NCBI GenBank assembly: GCA_964539135.1
Contig: CAZIFG010000001.1
Coordinates: forward strand, 83,713 to 147,712
Source: an uncultured Rickettsiales bacterium
GTDB taxonomy: Bacteria > Margulisbacteria > Marinamargulisbacteria > GCA-2716485 > CAZIFG01
Direction: 5' to 3'
DNA: 64,000 nucleotides
Positions 61,037 through 64,000 of the stretch are shown piece by piece. The notes beneath the pieces are model-generated. The model had not been told where the DNA came from, made no database searches, and saw only the letters and a program-made list of their open reading frames with translations. Numbering within the stretch: position 1 is the stretch's first letter; each line of letters starts with the position of its first letter. Position numbers and translations under genes: made by a program.

Positions 61037-62575
61037 ATGTTTATCACTTTAAAGCGCAGGATACTTTCTTTATTTGATGTTTTGATGGCGTTTTCAGAAA
61101 AGCGGCCGTATTGGGCTTTTTTCATTCTTTTTGTTGTTTCTTTGTGGGTTCCGTTGCTGTTGTTTTCGATTCCTTTTCAGGCGGATGATTTTTCAGCGGC
61201 CGCTGCGGTTAGTTTTAAATCTTTAGATGGGCAATCGGCTATGCAGTATTTATATATGGATTTTTTGGATCGATTGGGGCGTGTGTATCATTCTTTTCGA
61301 TTTTTGGATTTTCATTCTCGTCATTTTTTTACCTATGAGCTATTGGGCTTTTTTTATGAAGGGTATTTTTTGGTGTCCAAGCAACTTTCAGAAAACTTGG
61401 CCCTTTTTATTTTCTTTTCGGTTCATTTTTTGAATGCCATTTTATTTTATCGGGTTGCGCATGTTTTAGATCCAAGATTTGAAACTCGCTGGCTTCGAAT
61501 TTCTGCTGTTTTACTTTTTATTCCGCTTTATTTTATTCCTGAAATGTTTTCAGATATTGGTATTGCGCTTCGTATGATTTCTTTAACCTCTATGCTTTTA
61601 TATATTCTGTTAAAGGCTTCTCTTGTGAAGGTTAAACAAAAAAGTGCGTTTTTTGTCTATATTCCGCTGTCTTTGTTTTTAATGTGTTGTATGTTTGATT
61701 TTTATGAGTCTACTGTTTTTGTTCTGTTTCTTATTTTTTTGTTTCGTCGTTCTTTCCTGTCTTCTTTTTATGCAAAGGTTTCTTATGTCTGTGATTTTTT
61801 AATGCTGTTTTTTCTTTCTTTTTTAAAACTTTTTTTCTTTGACTTGTCTCAAATCCCGTTAAGTTCTCAAGGAAACTTTTTTTTGTCTGGAATGACTCAT
61901 TTTTTTCTTTACGTTTTTTCTTTTTTTGTTTCTAATTTTCATGGGTTTTATCTATGGGGGACATTTCCTATTCTTTTTTTTCTTTTATATGCATTTTATT
62001 TGTTTATATCTCGTTTTATAAATAACGCCTCTTTTGGATCTTTTTCATTTTTACAACATTTAATGCTGTTTGTTTTAGGATATGTCTTTTTTCTTTCTTT
62101 TCTAATTGCGCATTACGCCCCAAGAGGATTGTATGTGGTAGCGCCTTTCGTTTTTTTGTGTTTGGTTTATTTTATATCTGATGCTATGGGTTCCCTTTCA
62201 AAGGTGAAGGGGGGGGTTTTGGGGCTTTTATTTTTTTCTGTTTTGAATATTTACTCTAATTATTTTTATCAAAATCAGGTATCTGGTCTTTATAGAGACA
62301 TGACTTACTTTGTTAACCAGTCTTCTTTTTCTTCTGCGTCGGTTATTTCTCTTTCTATAGAGGCTCTTCGGGGTGTTTCTATTTTAGAACTGGAGGATCC
62401 AGATCTTAGGGCTCGCGCGTTTAAGTCTATTTATCGTCTTTCTTTTTTGCCTTCGGTTTCTTTATCTTACTTAGAGGCTCCGACTAATTTGTATTCTGGT
62501 TTTTTTCCTGTTGTTAAACAGCGTCTTAAAACTCAGTTTAAATCTGTTTCTTATCATGTTTTTCTTGATCAATGA
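61037..62575 (+). CDS. Hypothetical polytopic membrane protein (possible GT-C glycosyltransferase)
   Basis: Many TM segments, DD motif (FQADDF) after TM1, located among LPS sugar genes. Confidence 0.5.
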   Translation: MFITLKRRILSLFDVLMAFSEKRPYWAFFILFVVSLWVPLLLFSIPFQADDFSAAAAVSFKSLDGQSAMQYLYMDFLDRLGRVYHSFRFLDFHSRHFFTYELLGFFYEGYFLVSKQLSENLALFIFFSVHFLNAILFYRVAHVLDPRFETRWLRISAVLLFIPLYFIPEMFSDIGIALRMISLTSMLLYILLKASLVKVKQKSAFFVYIPLSLFLMCCMFDFYESTVFVLFLIFLFRRSFLSSFYAKVSYVCDFLMLFFLSFLKLFFFDLSQIPLSSQGNFFLSGMTHFFLYVFSFFVSNFHGFYLWGTFPILFFLLYAFYLFISRFINNASFGSFSFLQHLMLFVLGYVFFLSFLIAHYAPRGLYVVAPFVFLCLVYFISDAMGSLSKVKGGVLGLLFFSVLNIYSNYFYQNQVSGLYRDMTYFVNQSSFSSASVISLSIEALRGVSILELEDPDLRARAFKSIYRLSFLPSVSLSYLEAPTNLYSGFFPVVKQRLKTQFKSVSYHVFLDQ

Positions 62576-62638
62576 TGCTTTTTTTTGATGTTCTATGATA
62601 TTATCTGATTTTGAAATTATATTTTATTTGGAGACCAC

Positions 62639-63418
62639 ATGAAAGTTGTTATTTTAGCAGGGGGGCTTGGCACCCGTTTAAGTGAAGAAACAGGCATTAT
62701 CCCTAAGCCAATGGTTGAGATTGGGGGGAGGCCTATTTTATGGCATATTATGAAGATTTATTCTCATTTTGGTTTTAATGATTTTTTAATTCTAACAGGC
62801 TATAAATCTCATGTTATTAAGGATTATTTTATTAATTACTACACAAGATATTCGGATATCACGGTAGATATGGCCACTCAATCTATTGAAATTCATAAAA
62901 CCCGAACAGAACCCTGGAAAGTGACTTTGCTTTATACGGGAGCAGATACCATGACAGGGGGGCGGATTAAGAAGGCTCAAGAGTATCTCAATGGGGAGCC
63001 GTTTATGTTGACTTATGGAGATGGTCTTTCTGATATTAATTTGAATGCCCTTTTGGAGGCTCACCAGAAATCCGGTAAATTAGCAACTATGACAGCGGTT
63101 CAGCAACCTGGACGTTTTGGGGCTATATCTGTGTCTGAGGATCATTCTATTCGGTCTTTTTTAGAAAAACCGAAGGGGGATGGGGCGTGGATTAATGGGG
63201 GGTTTTTTGTTTTAGAATCTGGTATATTTGATTATCTTCCAGGGGACGATTCTACCATTTGGGAGCAAAAACCCTTGCAATCTTTGGCGCAAAATGGGCA
63301 ACTCAATGCTTACAAACATGAGGGATTTTGGCGGCCGATGGATACTTTGAAAGATAAACTTGATTTAACGACCTTATGGAATTCTGGAACTTCGCCTTGG
63401 AAAGTATGGACCCTTTAA
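62639..63418 (+). CDS. rfbF: Glucose-1-phosphate cytidylyltransferase
   Basis: LAGGLGTRLSEET, PKPMVEIG, TYGDG, WINGGFF, MDTLKDK. Confidence 0.95.
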   Translation: MKVVILAGGLGTRLSEETGIIPKPMVEIGGRPILWHIMKIYSHFGFNDFLILTGYKSHVIKDYFINYYTRYSDITVDMATQSIEIHKTRTEPWKVTLLYTGADTMTGGRIKKAQEYLNGEPFMLTYGDGLSDINLNALLEAHQKSGKLATMTAVQQPGRFGAISVSEDHSIRSFLEKPKGDGAWINGGFFVLESGIFDYLPGDDSTIWEQKPLQSLAQNGQLNAYKHEGFWRPMDTLKDKLDLTTLWNSGTSPWKVWTL

Positions 63419-63999
63419 TTTTTAAACATAAACGGGTTCTAATTACAGGACATACAGGGTTTAAAGGCGGGTGGCTTGTTTTTCTGCTTAAGGAATTGGG
63501 CGCAACTATTACGGGGTACTCTTTACCGCCTGATACGCAGCCTTCTTTTTTTGAGGTTTGCCATGTTTCGAGTCTTTGTGAGTCTGTTTTTGGAGATATT
63601 CGAGATTTTGATAAGGTTCGAGATACCCTAGCTGATTATAAACCAGAAATTGTGTTTCATTTGGCCGCGCAACCTTTGGTGAGACGGTCTTACTTGGAAC
63701 CTCGCGAAACCTATGAAACCAATGTGATGGGAACTTTGAATGTATTAGAGGCGGCGAGGATGGTCGGATCTGTTTCCGCTTTTATTAATGTGACGTCTGA
63801 TAAATGTTATTTGAATCGAGAAAAAGACTATGCGTATCAAGAAACAGATCCTTTTGGGGGGTATGATATTTATTCTTCTAGTAAAGCGTGTTCTGAAATT
63901 TTGACAGCGTCTTATAGACAGTCTTTTTTACAGTCTGGGGATGGGTTTCTATTGGCCAGTGCGCGTGCTGGGAATGTGATCGGTGGGGGTGATTGGTCT
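63406..63999 (+). CDS. rfbG: CDP-glucose 4,6-dehydratase, 3'-truncated by the window edge (absent from the ORF track)
   Basis: My translation: MDPLIFKHKRVLITGHTGFKGGW...HLAAQPLVRRSY...TSDKCY...YSSSK...RAGNVIGGGDWS. Confidence 0.93.
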   Translation, partial: MDPLIFKHKRVLITGHTGFKGGWLVFLLKELGATITGYSLPPDTQPSFFEVCHVSSLCESVFGDIRDFDKVRDTLADYKPEIVFHLAAQPLVRRSYLEPRETYETNVMGTLNVLEAARMVGSVSAFINVTSDKCYLNREKDYAYQETDPFGGYDIYSSSKACSEILTASYRQSFLQSGDGFLLASARAGNVIGGGDWS

Positions 64000-64000
64000 G

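Noticed and set aside
1843-63064. Many 60-130 aa ORFs antisense or out of frame within long genes
   Set aside because: They are shadow ORFs of well-supported genes, with no motifs or RBS support.

Overview
Bacterial chromosomal window, mostly housekeeping and energy metabolism, with a strong strand bias (the + strand is visibly G/T-rich). lpxC, gmhA and rfbFG indicate an LPS-bearing diderm. The short SecD, TagO/WecA-like transferase and RsbU/V/W-type module look Terrabacteria-like; Candidatus Margulisbacteria is a plausible guess, but it is inference only. Contents: four aminoacyl-tRNA synthetases (ileS, trpS, serS, lysS), an Opp/Dpp ABC transporter, glyA-pheA-serS-arsR, lpxC/aroK, ridA, rpsT, accDA, secDF and a partner-switching locus (receiver protein; GAF-PAS-GAF-PP2C-HATPase fusion; STAS). 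It also holds an ~12 kb alternative complex III + SCO + A2-type caa3 oxidase operon with ctaA/ctaB, ispH, gpmI, a TCA cluster (korAB, mdh, fumC, sdhCAB) and the start of an LPS sugar locus. The most striking non-genic signal is a family of ~142-bp long-hairpin MITE/RPE-like elements. There are seven orientable copies or fragments, all in one orientation, plus lone termini. They show 5-bp target-site duplications, compensatory base changes, one nested insertion, and one fragment that supplies the C-terminus of a kinase. A tandem trio of paralogous orphan genes with Inc/effector-like architecture (4707-6098) is the best candidate for an undescribed protein system. No rRNA, tRNA, CRISPR array or transposase was seen.
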